Below are positions 1 through 14,729 of a stretch of 64,000 bases of DNA, one piece after another. How positions within the stretch are numbered: position 1 is the stretch's first letter; the number at the start of each line of letters is the position of its first letter. The DNA comes from Eledone cirrhosa (lineage: Eukaryota): the NCBI GenBank assembly GCA_964016885.1, contig OZ024755.1:16616001-16680000 (forward strand), written 5' to 3'. Made by a program: the position numbers and the translations under genes. The notes under the pieces were generated by a model, which did no database searches, was not told the DNA's origin, and worked only from the letters and a program-made list of their open reading frames with translations.

Positions 1-807
1 TGAGGTGTGGACTAAAAACTAGTTTTCAAAGGTTTAATTTTATATTTTCTTTTCTTTACTTACTTATTTAGTTTTTGCAGTAGAGAATGTAATCAGCTGT
101 GTGTGAGCCCTTGGCAACATTTGTTACAATGACTAAAAAAAAAACAAAAAAAACAAAACACAACAAGCCTGAAAAAAATTTAGTATCACGCACTTTGTAT
201 TTTGTATTGACTAGATTTAAAACATTATGCCAAAAAAAACAAAAAAACCCTCCAAAACCCCCAAAAAACAAGAACAAAAGAGAAAAACACTTTAACAGAA
301 AATGTTCTCTCGAATGTGTGTTACATAACATGATGGCCCCTTAACACCTTAAAAACATATAAAAACAAAACAGTAGGTTGTAATGGTGGGGCTGGGGGCA
401 ATAGCATTGTGGGGTAAATGTGTCTCAATACAGTGAGTCATGACATGACTGACCTCCAAAAGATGTATTCCAGGTTAATCTGTTGCTTTTAGATTGTCCT
501 AAACCATAATTTCAGATTCCTTAGAGACTTTATATTTATTTATTTATATATATATTTATCTATATATATTAGTTTATTTATTTATAGGTTTGTTTATTTT
601 TTTTATCTATAGATTTATTTGTTTATGTATATATATATATTTATTTATTTCTGTGTTGAAAGGGGAAAAACTGCCCATGGCTTTTGATGGCCTTTTCTGT
701 TGGGTAGGTGGTTGGATCAGTGAGAATACAGTATGACAAACACAGTTAATGTGGAGTTTAAAAGATTGGAGGCCATTGTATTTTGTTTACTGTGTATATA
801 GATATGT

Positions 808-1142
808 GGAGGCGCATGGCTTAGTGGTTAGAGCATTGGGCTTGCAATTGAAAGGTTGTGAGTTAGATTCTCGGACCGGGTGATGCGTTGTGTCTTTGAG
901 AAAGACACTTTATTTCACGTTGCTCCAGTTTACTCAGCTGTAGAAATGAGTTGCGATATCACTGGTGCCAAGCTGTATCAGCCATAGCCTTTCCCTTCGA
1001 CATCATCGGTGGCATGGAGGGGGAAGGCTGGTATGCATGGGCGACTGCTGGTTTCCACAAACAACTTTGCCCGGATTTGTGCCTCGGAGAGAAACTTTCT
1101 AGGTTCAAATCACATGGTCATTAATGACCAAAGGGGGTCTTC
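808..1142 (+). mobile_element. tRNA-derived SINE with CORE-like central domain (other copies ~51215-51555 +, ~54095-54292 -, ~48190-48345 -, ~39105-39280 -, ~48595-48710 +)
   Basis: A box-like TGGCTTAGTGG and B box-like GTTAGATTC head, then tgtgtc(t/c)ttgag(a/c)aagacactttatttcacgttgctccag, repeated across the window. Confidence 0.8.
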
Positions 1143-1738
1143 GATAGAGATATGTGTGTATATATGTGTGTCAAGTTGTGTGGGTGTCACCATCATCATC
1201 ACCACTGTTTTATGTCCATTTTTCCATGTTGCTATGGGTTAGATGGGGATATACATAGACATACGTGTGTGTGTATGTAAGTGTGCATGTGTTTATATAG
1301 GCACAGTCATGGCTATGTGGTTAAGGTGTTCACTCTTAAACAACATAGTTAGTTTCAATATCTTTTCTTTCATGTAACAGTTGTATTTAGACATTCAACA
1401 TAACAACAGTACACTGAATGGCTATGTGGTCTCCCATAAAAGGTACATGGCTTAGTGGTTAGGGTGTCTGGTTCATGATCACATGGTCATGAGTTTGATT
1501 CCCAGAGGTGCATTACTTTATTCACTTTACATTATTCAGAAAGATAATGTTTGGAACATAACTTAATAAAAAAAATTCTTACTTGAAGCTATAATGAAAA
1601 GTTTGAATTAGAGGTTTTGTATTACAAAAGCAGATATATAGCAGTACCCCAACATGGCCTCAGGCTTTTGGCTGGAACATGTAATAGAGTAATAGTTTCA
1701 GGTGAGTTGTTGTCAAGAGGGTTAATTCATCACTTGGT

Positions 1739-1910
1739 TTAACCCTTTAGCAGTCACATTATTCTATATTTATTATTGTATTTTCATGGTAAACACTTTA
1801 TCTCTCATAATATCGAATCTATGAGATTTTGATATTATTTATTTTGAGAACAATACCTTAACATAAGTATGAGCAGCCAGTTACGACCGGTTTAAATACT
1901 AAAGGTTTAA
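1739..1910. mobile_element. TTAA-flanked MITE, same family as 11871-12069 (further copies ~13776-13972, ~20400-20580, ~22578-22782)
   Basis: ttaaCCCTTTAGCA start and decayed TAAAGGTttaa end; shared internal ctatgagattttgatatt sequence. Confidence 0.65.
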
Positions 1911-1980
1911 CACCATCACCTGGTCCTTCAGGTCCTTAGATGGCTTCAGCAGACTCAACTCTGATTTTTATGATATTCAG

Positions 1981-2440
1981 ATCTTCAATTCGGTATTTGT
2001 GCCAACCCTTACCCATGGTCATGAATCTTGAGTAATGATCGAAAGAATACGATCGTGAATACAAGCGGCTGAAATGGGGTTCCTCCGAAGAGTCTTTGGA
2101 GTAACATTACTCAATAAAGTGCATAGTTCGGAGATCAGAGAGTCACTCCAGGTAGAGCTGCTACTTTTTTGAATTGAGAGATCACAGCTCCAGTACTATG
2201 GACATAGGGGTAAAATGTCTCAGGAAAGAATCGTTGGACAGATTTTTACGGGCAAAGCCAACCAGCAGGAGATCCTGGAATAGACCCCAAGCAAGATGGT
2301 TGGATAACATCCGTGAGCTCGGCTGGTCACGCTTCAAGATCCAGCCAGAACAGTTGGAGATGGCTGCTTCTGATAGGACCCGCTGGAAGGAGTGTTTGAG
2401 AGCTCTGCCCCTCTCCTCACAACCCTCTCAGGAATAAGTG
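1981..2440 (+). mobile_element. Decayed RTE-clade LINE, ORF C-terminal fragment
   Basis: Translation IFNSVFVPTLTHGHES*VMIERIRS*IQAAEMGFLRRVFGVTLLNKVHSSEIRESLQVE..IERSQLQYYGH matches the region after the RT domain in RTE (Expander/Rex3-like) elements; contains stops and a frameshift. Confidence 0.85.
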
Positions 2441-2747
2441 GCCAAGGAAGAAGGGAAGATCTTCGGCATTCTCCCACCAGTCTCCGAGGCACTATATAAA
2501 GAAAGGTCGTGGACACTGCTCTTGTCATTCTGACTAAACCATAAAATAGAAAAAAAAATTATTATTATTATTTGTATTGTCATATTGCCAAATAGGAACT
2601 CTTTGGACTCACTTGTGCTACATTCTCAACAATTATGTCTATTAATTCTCCTCCAAACTTTTCTTTTGTGTGGCTGACCTCATCCAGGCTTCTTAAATTA
2701 ACTAGGTGTGTGTTTGTGTTTATGTCTGTGTGTGTATATAATATTAT

Positions 2748-2778
<31 letters not shown>

Positions 2779-3724
2779 CATATATATATTTTTTTTCTGT
2801 TGCTGTTGAATAAGACATTGTGTGTGTGAGGGGGTAAATTTCCCTGCCACCAATCATTGTTCCAAGATTAAGGAATAATAAATACTGAAGTTTTTCATTG
2901 GAGAAGACAGAGACACCATTTCATGTGTCCCCTAACGAGATAAGTTGTTTCAAGGCAGACAAGACAGATTTTTTTTTTTTTTTAAAATAATTCTCTGCAG
3001 TTTGGCAGCAGTTCAGCTAGATAAATCCATAGTAGAAACTGGTTTTGTTAAACTGGTGAGGTTTATGAGCCAGGGGTCGTTACAGGGCACAGATTATACA
3101 GACAAAATAGCCAGGGGTCGCAACAGGGCACAGCTTATATAGACAAAATGTCAAAGATTCAGAAGGTAGAAGAAGACTCCAGAAGTCAGGAACTTGGCAA
3201 ATAGTAGGAGATGTCATAGCTTGACAAATAATAGGAAGTGTCATGACTTGTCAAAGGGACATATATTCTATAACAGTTAGTCAGCTTTCTTTTACTTAAA
3301 GCTGATGATGGTTGCTGCTAGACCTGTTGAATTATATATATATATATATATATGCATGCATGCATGCATGTATGCATCTATGTAATACATATGTCTGTAT
3401 GGTTGTGTATATATGTATGTCTGTATCTCTGTCTATCAATGTGATGCATGTGTATGTATGTGCATGTGTGTGTGTGTCGTTCTGTCTCGGTGTGTATATG
3501 TGTGTGTGTGTGTGGTTTTTATCTAAAGCGAATGTGGGGACAGTTTAGTAGAGCTTTGCAGGGGAGCTTGTGACATATTTGACCTGAAGTAAAAGTTTTC
3601 AGTCTACCTCTCTGGTTACTTTTGCTCCTATGACATGTTGTTAGGTTTCAAATCTCCCTGAGGCCAATTGAACTTAGTCACTCATATTTATGTCACTCTT
3701 AGCTATGAACAAAGCATTGTTTTC

Positions 3725-3787
<63 letters not shown>

Positions 3788-3909
3788 AATACATATATAT
3801 GCACACACACACACACATATATATATACATATATTTATACGCAACACACGCACGCATATATACATATACATATATATATGTATACATATACATATGTGTA
3901 TATATATAC

Positions 3910-3992
<83 letters not shown>

Positions 3993-4709
3993 CATATACA
4001 TATATGTATATATATGTGTGTGTATTAAATTGGATACTTTTTATACTTAATCTTATCAATTATTTTGTTATTTATCTTCTACTTTTCTTTTTTCTTTAGA
4101 TTTTAAATACTTCATTTATACTACCCCCACCCCCTTTGTTATTTTATTGTTGCTGTTTTTATAGAAGATATATATGTACTTCTCACTGATGTAATTCCAG
4201 TCTACAGCACTTGTGACACGTAATGGAGCATTAAAAAACATGTTTTTATCACTTTATCACAATGTAACTGTTGGTTTGACTGGTCAATTAATCTTAATAT
4301 ATATATATATATATATATCCATATACCCATTCAGCCTATATATATATATATATATATATCCATATACCCATTCAGCCTATACATATATATATATATATAC
4401 CCAGCTTACACATATATCTATATACCCATTCAACTTATGCATACATACATACACAGACCTACATGCACATGTACATGTAAACATATATGCATACACTCAT
4501 GCACACACATATCAAAAGAAAGAGGGAGGGAGAGGGACAGAGAAAGGAACTATTCCTGTAAGGGATATGGGCTTCTTTTCCAGAGTAGTGGATATTTTGT
4601 TTAGAAAAAAGAAGAAAAAACAGGTTCAATCATGCTATACCTAAAATTTGGTATCCTGTCGACCTGGTTAAGGTTTTTATAAGGCACTGTCCCCTGTAGT
4701 TTGGTGGTT

Positions 4710-4940
4710 TGTGAGTATCGTGAACTGGGTGTATATTATGGCTTGTGAGAGTGGTGAACTGGGTATATATGTATCGCTTGTGAGTATCGTGAACTGGGTG
4801 TATATTATGGCTTGTGAGAGTGGTGAACTGGGTGTATATGTATGGCTTGTGAGAGTGGTGAACTGGGTGTATATGTCTGGTTTGTGAGAGTGGTGAACTG
4901 GGTGTATATGTATGGCTTGTGAGAGTGGTGAACTGGGTGC
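4710..4940. repeat. ~35 bp minisatellite, ~7 copies
   Basis: Unit gtgaactgggtgtatatgtatggcttgtgagagtg. Confidence 0.85.
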
Positions 4941-5686
4941 CCTTCTTGACATAAACTCAACATGGTGTACCTATTCTAAACCAGATAAACAAGGCCATTA
5001 AATATAGCTAGTGTGTCTATGTATGTGTGATGAGTATTGTGTCTATGTGTGTGTGATGAGTATTGTATGTCTATGTGTGTGTGTGTGTGATGAGTATTGT
5101 GTCTATGTGTGTGTGTAATAAAATGTGTCTCTATGTGGGTGTGTAATAATGAGTCTGTGTGTTTATGTGCGTAATAAAAAGTGTGTCTATGTGTGTGCAA
5201 TAACATTTTGTCTATGTGTGGTGTAATAACCACCACCACCACCACCCACCTTCATCATCATAACCATCATCACTGTTTAACATCCATTTGTGTTACAGGT
5301 TGTAATATATTTTCAATGGTGGCTGCTACATATCAAGTCAGTATCTTATCCAAGCTACTGACCTCCGAGACAGGGGGCAGGCACCCTATATTCCACATAC
5401 ATTTCAACATTCTACAGAGTGTACCTAGTGCAATATATTGTGGTACCAACACTAGGAACGTTGTCACATCTAAGACACAACTAAAAATTCCTCTCAACCT
5501 TTCGCTTGGCAGGCTTTCTATGGCTGGATGACCTTCCTATGACCAGCCACTTTGCAGAGTGTACAGGGCGCATTTATCATGACCATACTAGGCACTGGCA
5601 CTGTGATATGGTTAAGATGAAATATATAAACACACCTATTCTATAATACAAATGACGCACACACATACACATACAGATACATTATT

Positions 5687-6480
5687 GGATTGGCAGTATT
5701 GGTAGAGGGTCGGACGCCATGCTTTGCAGCAAAGAGTTACGTCCCTTTACATTCTGAGTTCAAATCCCGCCATCCAACCAAGTTTAGTTTTGCTTTTCAT
5801 CCTTACAGGGTTGATAAAATAAAGTACTAGTAATGTACTGGAGCTCAATTTAATTGACTTTCCTCTCCCCCAAATTGTTGGCCTTGTGCCTAATTCAGAA
5901 ACCATAAGAAAATATTAGTGTTGTTGTTCAATAAAATAAGTGATAGAGAAAAAGAGTAGTAAAATTGTGCCTAAATCAGAAACCATTTTATTCAATAAAA
6001 TAAGGGCGGTGGATTGGCAGTAGATGGTCGGACGCCATGCTTTGAAGCATAGAGTTACGGCCCTTTATGATCTGAGTTCAAATCTGGCCAAGGCTAGCTT
6101 TGCCTTTCATCGTTACGGGGTCGATAAAATAAAGCACCAGTAATGTACTAGAATAATTGCTGGCCTTGTGCCAAAAGTAGAAACAATTATTATTCAATAA
6201 AATACCAGTAAAATACTGGGGTCAACTATACTATAATCAACTGCACACATTCCTGGCCATGTGCCTATGTTAAAAGCTATTATTATTGGTGGATTGGCAG
6301 TATCGGTAGAGGGTCGGACGCTATGCTTTGATGCATAGAGTTACGGCCCTTGCCATTCTGAGTTCAAATCCCGCCGAGGTTAACTTTGCCTTTCATCCTT
6401 ACGGGGTCGATAAAATAAAGTACCAGTAATACAGTGGGATAATTGCTGGCCTTGTGCCAAAAGTAGAAACAATTATTATT
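5687..6480 (+). mobile_element. Cluster of three tandem tRNA-derived SINEs with Meta-like domain (other copies ~7757-7945, 12837-13000, 32305-32470, 37243-37415, 41282-41505, 44826-45010, 56745-56900)
   Basis: TGGCAGTATCGG A box, GAGTTCAAATCC B box, and core ctttgcctttcatccttacggggtcgataaaataaagtaccag resembling the Meta-SINE domain. Confidence 0.85.
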
Positions 6481-7089
6481 ATTTTTGCTGATACAGTAAG
6501 TAACCTGTTACTTTCTCCCTGTCTGAGGAAGCAGCCACACACTAATACAGGAAGGGAGGGGTGAGACACGGGGTGGGGGGGGACTACTCTCAAGAGCAAC
6601 AGGCTACTGGATCAGCCTAAATAATATTTTAAAAAAAAATGTACTCTACTACTGTATTGAGTACTTTTTCTCTGCTTTATTAAACCAATAGACATTACAC
6701 ACATTTTTTTCTGTGTTAATTTATGCATATACATAAAAGTGTTTGTGTGTGTTTAAAATGCCTTTGTACTTAAAACATTCAAACATTAACTGAATAAGCA
6801 CTCAATATATGCAAGTAGAGTGCAAATTATATTTTCTGAAGAGAAAATAAAATAAATTTTACACACGCACTGCACATGCATACTCTCTCACTCTACCTCC
6901 CTCTCTCTCTCTCTCTCTCTCAGTATATATATATATACATATATACATCAGGAATGGAATCAGTTTGAAACTAGTTAGACCATTACTCAACAGAGTATTC
7001 AATACTTGGGGTAGTAGAGTGTGGTTATATTATAAGGAGTAGCTGTTGAAACGGCAAGAGCTCAACTGTCGGGTCCTGACTCTTTATAA

Positions 7090-7136
<47 letters not shown>

Positions 7137-7139
<3 letters not shown>

Positions 7140-7565
7140 TAAACTGGAGCAATGTGAAATAAAGTATCTTGCTCAAGGAAACAACACATTACCCGGTCCG
7201 AGTCTCGGACCGGGTGATGTGTTGTTTCCTTGACTTTATTTCACATTGCTCCAGTTTACTCAGTATGATATGACTGGGGTCCCTATCATTCCACTGCAAA
7301 GTGGTCGTGGAGGTGCCACGGCATAAAAGCACCCACCCAGCTCACACTGTAAAGTGGATGTGTAGGCGGCACGGAAAAAAAGCACCCAGCCCCTACTGTA
7401 AATGAGGTTGGGGTTAGGAAGGGCATCCAGCTGTAGAAATCAAGCCAGAATCAGTTCCCGTATGAGCAAGACAAGGTCAGCCGACTGGACACTGCCCACA
7501 ACAGGACAACCCGTCTAACACATGCCAGCGTGGAAGAACGAACGTAAAAGGGTGATGATGATGAT
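7137..7565 (+). mobile_element. SINE with fold-back 5' end, CORE-like part and RTE-derived tail ending in (GAT)n (related copies ~17940-18255, 25220-25400 -, 43050-43290, 56395-56572)
   Basis: Contains ctgtaaa..ggttgg.gttaggaagggcatccagctgtagaaa and a (gat)n tail; 7137-7261 is palindromic. Confidence 0.7.
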
Positions 7566-8128
7566 ATATATGTATGTGTATGTGTGTGAGTGTGTGTGTG
7601 TGTGTGTAGTGACAAAGAAGAGAGATAGACAATCCTGTTGATTGTTTCTGTGTCACCACCAGAACAAAAGGATGACATGGTCATCTAAAAACATAGAATA
7701 ATGAGGCTGTTTACTTGCAAATGAATCGAATATCATCATTATTCAATATAAAACAAGGGCGGTGGATTGGCAGTATCGGTAGAGGGTCGGACGCCATGCT
7801 TTCCAGCATAGTTGTCTCTTTACGATCTGAGTTCAAATCCCGCCGAGGTTGACTTTGCCTTTCATCCTTACGGGGTCGATAAAATAAAGTACCAGTAATG
7901 TACTGGGTAATTGCTGGCCTTGTGCCAAAAGTAGAAACAATTATTCAATATAAAACTCACAAATGCATTCATATATATATATGTAAACACTCATATCTGA
8001 AGAAGTTTCGATTAAGAGCCGGGATCCGATCGCATGATCAAACCCGAACTGATCCAAATTGTAATATGAAATAAAGTTTTCAAAAAGCTACAACTCTTAA
8101 TGTATGTATGTATGTGTGTATGTGTGTA

Positions 8129-8250
<122 letters not shown>

Positions 8251-8829
8251 CAGAAGTTTTTTTTAGGCATGCCTATATATTTGACTATTTCTCTCTATCT
8301 ATCTCTCCCTCCTTCACTATCTAGCTTACCCCTCCTTCTCTATCTATCTGTCTGTCTGTCTGGCCAGATGTAGAAGATGGCATAGATTTGACTCCACTCC
8401 TTACAGGTGACTTTTTCTGTGGCACCAGACTTTCACATGAAATATGTGAGTAGAGGGTAGAGGAGGACAAGTTTGGTGGTGGTCACTGGAAAGGGAACAG
8501 TAGCACGATGATGATGATGATGATGATGATGGCAGGGGTTGTGCTGTTTGCATTCAAGTTGTGAGGTGGTTTCAAAAATGTTTTCTCTAAGTTACATATA
8601 TTACTGCTAGTGGGTGTATGTGTATGTCTGTTTGTATGCGTATATGTTTGTTTGTGTATGTGTATGCCTGTATATATGTATGTTTGTATGCATGTGTATG
8701 CGTGAGTGGGTGCTAGTGCTAGTAGTAGTGGTAGTTGTAGTGGTTCTAGTGGTAGTAGTGGTAGCGGTGATAGTGTTGGTGGTGTGTTGTATGTATGTGT
8801 TTGTGAGTGTGTGGTGTGGGTGATAGTGT

Positions 8830-9706
8830 TAACAGTAGTGGTGGTAGTAGTAATGGTAGTAGTATTAGTAGCAGTGGTAGTAGTAGTAGTAGAGATGGTG
8901 GGGCTTTAGTGTAGTAGTAGTATTAGTAATGGTGGTTGTAGTAATGGTAGTAGTAGTAGAGATGGTGGGGCTTTAGTGTAGTAGTAGTATTAGTAATGGT
9001 GGTTGTAGTAATGGTAGTAGTATTAGTAGCAGTGGTAGTAGTAGTAGAGATGGTGGGGCTTTAGTGTAGTAGTAGTAGTAGTAGTAGTAATGGTGGTTGT
9101 AGTAATGGTAGTAGTATTAGTAGCAGTGGTAGTAGTAGTAGTAGAAATGGTGGGGCTTTAGTGTAGTAGTAGTATTAGTAATAGTGGCTGTAGTAATGGT
9201 AGTAGTATTAGTAGCAGCAGTGGTGGTAGTAGTAGTAGAGATGGTGGGGCTTTAGTGTAGTAGTAGTATTAGTAATGGTGGTTGTAGTAATGGTAGTAGT
9301 AGTAGAGATGGTGGGGCTTTAGTGTAGTAGTAGTATTAGTAATGGTGGTTGTAGTAATGGTAGTAGTAGTAGAGATGGTGGGGCTTTAGTGTAGTAGTAG
9401 TATTAGTAATGGTGGTTGTAGTAATGGTAGTAGTAGTAGAGATGGTGGGGCTTTAGTGTAGTAGTAGTATTAGTAATAGTGGCTGTAGTAATGGTAGTAG
9501 TATTAGTAGCAGCAGTGGTGGTAGTAGTAGTAGAGATGGTGGGGCTTTAGTGTAGTAGTAGTATTAGTAATGGTGGTTGTAGTAGTAGTAGAGATGGTGG
9601 GGCTTTAGTGTAGTAGTAGTAGTATTAGTAATAGTGGCTGTAGTAATGGTAGTAGTATTAGTAGCAGTGGTGGTAGTAGTAGTAGTAGAGATGGTGGGGC
9701 TTTGGT

Positions 9707-9780
<74 letters not shown>

Positions 9781-9790
9781 GGTGGTGGGG
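8830..9790. repeat. Compound (GTA)n-based minisatellite
   Basis: Recurring anchor gagatggtggggctttagtgtag separated by variable (gta)n runs; about a dozen copies. Confidence 0.85.
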
Positions 9791-10106
9791 GTGTAGTAAC
9801 TGTAACAGTGGTGGTGGTGGTGGTGGTGTTGTTAGTTTCTCTGTATCTGTAAGCATAGGAATGAAATTTCTATGCTTTGACCTACTTCTCCTACATATGT
9901 TAGTTTTAACTACTGCCGGGCTTTCTTCTGGCTCCAGCAACCCTGGCAGCAGAGGAAGGGTAGGCGGTGGGGTGGCCCGGGTGGAAGGGTAAACTAGTAT
10001 CTACTAGCAAAACATTTCCATCATCATCATCATCGTTGTAGTAGTAACTGGCATCATTTTTCCCTTCTTTTCTATATTTATTTTTTTACTCAGTTTTCAT
10101 ACCATT

Positions 10107-10160
<54 letters not shown>

Positions 10161-10163
10161 ATT

Positions 10164-10205
<42 letters not shown>

Positions 10206-10208
10206 ATT

Positions 10209-10255
<47 letters not shown>

Positions 10256-10288
10256 CATTCCTATATATATATAAATATATACACCATT

Positions 10289-10326
<38 letters not shown>

Positions 10327-10329
10327 GTT

Positions 10330-10371
<42 letters not shown>

Positions 10372-10576
10372 CCCATACACACATGTACACATACATACAG
10401 ATGTATACATATTCACACGCATACTTATACACACACACGCATACACAGTGTGTATGTGTGTTGTGTTTATGTATGCCTGTGTGTAAATGTGCTCTACTTT
10501 CTCCTCTTCTTCTCAACTACCCCTGAAAAAGTAAAAACATCAAAACCCCAAACAAAATTAGATTAAAAAAAAAAAA

Positions 10577-10628
<52 letters not shown>

Positions 10629-11324
10629 ATATATATACATATATATGTATATATGTATATATATATAAAATGAAACAGCAAAGAAAGTAAAAAATAAAAA
10701 GGGGGTGAAATAAAAAGAGAAAACATCAACAAATTTTTCAGCATCAACTTATTCACCCCCACCCACATCCCACCAACACCACCCCACATCCCACCAACAC
10801 CACCCCACCTGCTTCTCCAATACCCCGCCACCCCACGCCATCACACCACCCAACCCAGCTAGCTGTCTGTCCCAGATCCTCATTCCCCACGTCTGCCATT
10901 TTCTTATTGCACCCCCCACCCCTCATCCCACCACACTCCAACGCCGCCATCACCACCACCACCGCCGCCGCCGCCGCCACCACCACACACCGCCCTCACA
11001 CACTACCACCATCGACATACTCCACCACCACCCACCACCCTCACACACCGCCACCATCACACACACCACCACCATCACACACCACCACACCCCACCACCG
11101 CCATCGCTACACACCACCACCATCATACCCAAACACATCTTCCATCTATTATTATTAAGGAACTAATTTGTGTATGTGTAGGTAGGCGTGTATACATTGT
11201 GTATAAGTATGCATGTGGGTATATATGTATGTATGCATGTGAATGTGTATGTACACATGTGCATGTATGCCTATATGTAATGTATGTATATATAAATATA
11301 TATATATATATATGAATGAATGTG

Positions 11325-11367
<43 letters not shown>

Positions 11368-11394
11368 GAATGAATGTGTCTGTATGTGTGTGTA

Positions 11395-11430
<36 letters not shown>

Positions 11431-11870
11431 TGTATGAATATGTGTCTGGTAATAAGTCTTTACTACACATGCACCACTGGTGTTGCATGCAATATTTAAC
11501 AGAGACACCCTAAAAGGAAGTGTCAATTACAAGAGAAGCATTTTTTTTCTTCTACTACAGTATGACTTATCTTCTAGAAAGTGGTTGATCATACTGCTCG
11601 CACCTCTCACTTGCAACCTGTCCCAGGAAAAAAAAAAAAATAAGTGAAAAAAAAAAAAGAACGCAAAAAAATAGTTGATTTTGTTTTTATGTCTGCATAT
11701 AACCCTTTTGTTACCGTATCTCTAATAAAAATTACACACCTCATGATTTTTAACTCATTTTTAAAATAATCAAGAATTTTATGGGATTTAACTAAAATAA
11801 CTAACTTTATCATTATTAAGCTGGTGTTTGAAGCATAACTTAATGAAGGTTCTTACATGGAATTTATTAA

Positions 11871-12069
11871 CCCTTTAGCATTTAAACCGGCCATATCCAG
11901 CCAGAATTCTCTCACTTTTTTTTTATTCAAACTGGCTGCTTATACAGATTATAAGATATTATTCTCAAAATAAATATCAAAATCTTGTAGATTCGATATT
12001 ATGTGAGGTAAAGCCGTTACTGTGAAAATACAATAGTATATATAGAGAGTAATGTAAAATGCTAAAGGG
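11871..12069. mobile_element. piggyBac-type MITE with TTAA target duplication, nested in an older repeat
   Basis: ttaa|CCCTTTAGCATTT ... AAATGCTAAAGGG|ttaa: perfect 13-bp TIRs and TTAA on both sides. Confidence 0.85.
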
Positions 12070-14391
12070 TTAAGCTGGTATCTGGGACATAACTTAAAGG
12101 TTCTTACATAGTCTTTCATCATAAAACCAAATGGTAGTACTGATGCCGTGACAAAAGATCAACTAATCCACCCTCTACAGTGTTAGTGCTGGTGCCACTT
12201 ATAAATCATCCTGTCCTCTCTGTAAGGTAGTAGTGCTGTTGTCAAGAAAAAAATGCACTCAGTTCGCCCTGTAAAGTGGTAGTACTGGTGCCACAAAAAA
12301 AAAGCCCCCCAAAAAACCACTCAGTTCAACCTGTAAGGTGGTAGTGCTGGTGCCATGACAAAAAACACCCAGTCCATCCAAAAAGACCCAATCTTTGGCT
12401 TTGCAAAAATCTCAAAATAAGAACTGTTAAATCTCACCATTAGAATATTTTCTCAAAAATACGCGATGAATCCTCCATTGGTTTTAATATCGATCATTCA
12501 GTTATATAATCACCTGAACATCTGACTCATTAAATCAACACATAAGTGACTGAGTATTCCACAGATACATGTATACCCTTAACATATCCCAAATCAGTGT
12601 GATGTGGCAAAGTAAGTAGCAAAACTGGCCCTTTGAATAATTAATGGTACATTCCACCCAACAGACTTCTACTGTTTCTACCTCTCCCTAAGTTTTGTAA
12701 TTTCCTCTCCCTAAGTTTAGGTTGACATGATAAAAGAAGATACTTGCCCAATATACCATGTAGTGGGATCAAACCTAAGACCTCATGTTTGAAACCAAAT
12801 TTTTTAACCATCCCATACCCATACCATGTCCTGAAAGCGGTGACTTTGCAGAATTGTTAGAACGTCGGATAGAATACTTTGCAGTATTTGTTCCGACTTT
12901 CTGCTCTCACAGTTCAAATCCCATCGAGATCAAATTCCCTTTTCATCCATTCAAGGTCCATAAAAAAAGTACCAGTTAGGTACTGGGGTCAATTTCTCCT
13001 CTATATATTTTTCTCACTTCCATTATCTCACTCTCTATCCTTCTCTGAAAGAAATCTGGTGTGTTCAGGCCTGGAGAGGGATGGGCTCTGTTAGGTTTTA
13101 AAATGCCCTAGAAACACAGTATGCCAATATTGAGCCCCTACTACTCAATCAAAAGTTACATGGGGACTTAGAAAAACAAAAAAAACTGTCCTTAAAAATA
13201 TATTCAAATATTCAGATTTGCTTCTTCTCATGGAGAAAAACAAAAGGCCAGTAGAAGAGGAAGAAGAAAAAAAACCAAACCAAGGTGAAAATAATGGTGG
13301 TGGTGGTGGGGAATATGTTAGTCCATGTCTGAAAACTTTAAATATTAGGTCACATTTGAGATTCCTAAAGCAAAGTAAAAGAGATTTTGTTTTATCACAG
13401 ACTTATAGTGTCCCTAAATTGATGATTAATGACCCAGAAATAATAGAAAGTTTGCAAGTTACTTTGTAACCACGAATCTGAACTGTTGTCTCAGAGAGAC
13501 CTATGATGACATTTGATATTAAACCTTCTTGAAGGTCATTGGAATTCAACTGGTTTCATTAATTTCTTACAACTACAAACAAAACTAAACTAAAAAATAT
13601 ATATATATCTTTTCTGGAATTTTCTGGGTGTTTGTTCTTTCACTGCCAAACTGAAGGGCGAGTGGGAGCCCAGAAATAAATATAAAATATTAACTAGAAT
13701 TAGGGTGTTTGTTTCAACATAGTTGTATACATTCATGTATGTAAGGTTTGTATATCGAATAATATAGGATATGTTTAACCTTTTAGCATTTACATTACTC
13801 TATATTTACTATTATATTTTCATGGTAAAGGCTTCACATAATTATCTATGAGATTTTGATATTATTTATTTTGAGAACAATAACTTAACATCAGTATGAG
13901 CGGCTGGTTATAGCAGGTTTGAACAGAAAGAGGTGAGAGAATTCTGACTGGATATGGCCGGTTAAAGCGTTAAAGAAGGTGGCCCTTGCTTCTGCTGCAA
14001 CTAAATGGGTGGCAACAGCCACCACCTTTAAAATTCACAGCTAAAGGCTTTCATATATATATATATATATATGTCATCATCATCATTTGACGTCCATTTT
14101 TTCTTGCTAGAAAGGGTTGGATAGATATACTAAATGGTTAGTAGAACAAAATTATGGTATAAGTTTATCTAGGAAGACCTCAAGATAAAGAATAGAGTAT
14201 TATGGATGGGCCTTATAGAAGAAATATGCTACAAGGCTCTTTAATGCATTGGTTCATAGAGGCCTTTTTGTAGCATGTGTCTATTTCTTTGCTTATGTGT
14301 GTGTGTGTGTATGGTGGATGGCTGAGAGGAAAAGAGGAATCAGTACCAAAGTAGAGTTTTTAATATTCATTTTATTAAGGCTAAATAGTGA

Positions 14392-14607
14392 TTTCTTATA
14401 GAGGCACCAGGCCAGCAATTTTGGGAGAGGGGAGAAAGTCGATTAAATCGACCCCAGTGCGTGACTGGTACTTTATTTTATCGACCCCATAAGGATGAAA
14501 GGCAAAGTTAACCTTGGCGGGATTTGAATTCAGATCATAAAGTGCCGTAACTCTATCCTGCAAAGCATGGCATCCAACCATCTACCGATACTGCCAATCC
14601 ACGGCCC
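14392..14607 (-). mobile_element. Full-length Meta-type tRNA SINE with 19-bp target site duplication
   Basis: TATTAAGGCTAAATAGTGA occurs at 14373-14391 and 14608-14626, flanking a reverse-strand SINE. Confidence 0.9.
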
Positions 14608-14679
14608 TATTAAGGCTAAATAGTGAGTCTTGTTATTGTGGGGTTTCGCCTGTTTATCACAGGGTCATCAGACATGTGT

Positions 14680-14729
14680 TCTTGTCTGATGACCCTGTGA
14701 TAAACAGGCGAAACTCCAGAGTAACAAGA
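14680..14729 (+). ncRNA. Type I hammerhead ribozyme motif (family A), with an inverted partner at ~14628-14674 on the - strand
   Basis: UCUUGU-CUGAUGA-c-CCUGU(gauaa)ACAGG-c-GAAA-CUC(ca)GAG-UA^ACAAGA: stem I 6 bp, stem II 5 bp, short stem III, GUA cleavage triplet. Confidence 0.8.

Noticed and set aside
808-880. tRNA genes at SINE heads
   Set aside because: A and B boxes are present, but there is no complete cloverleaf and each continues into a SINE body.
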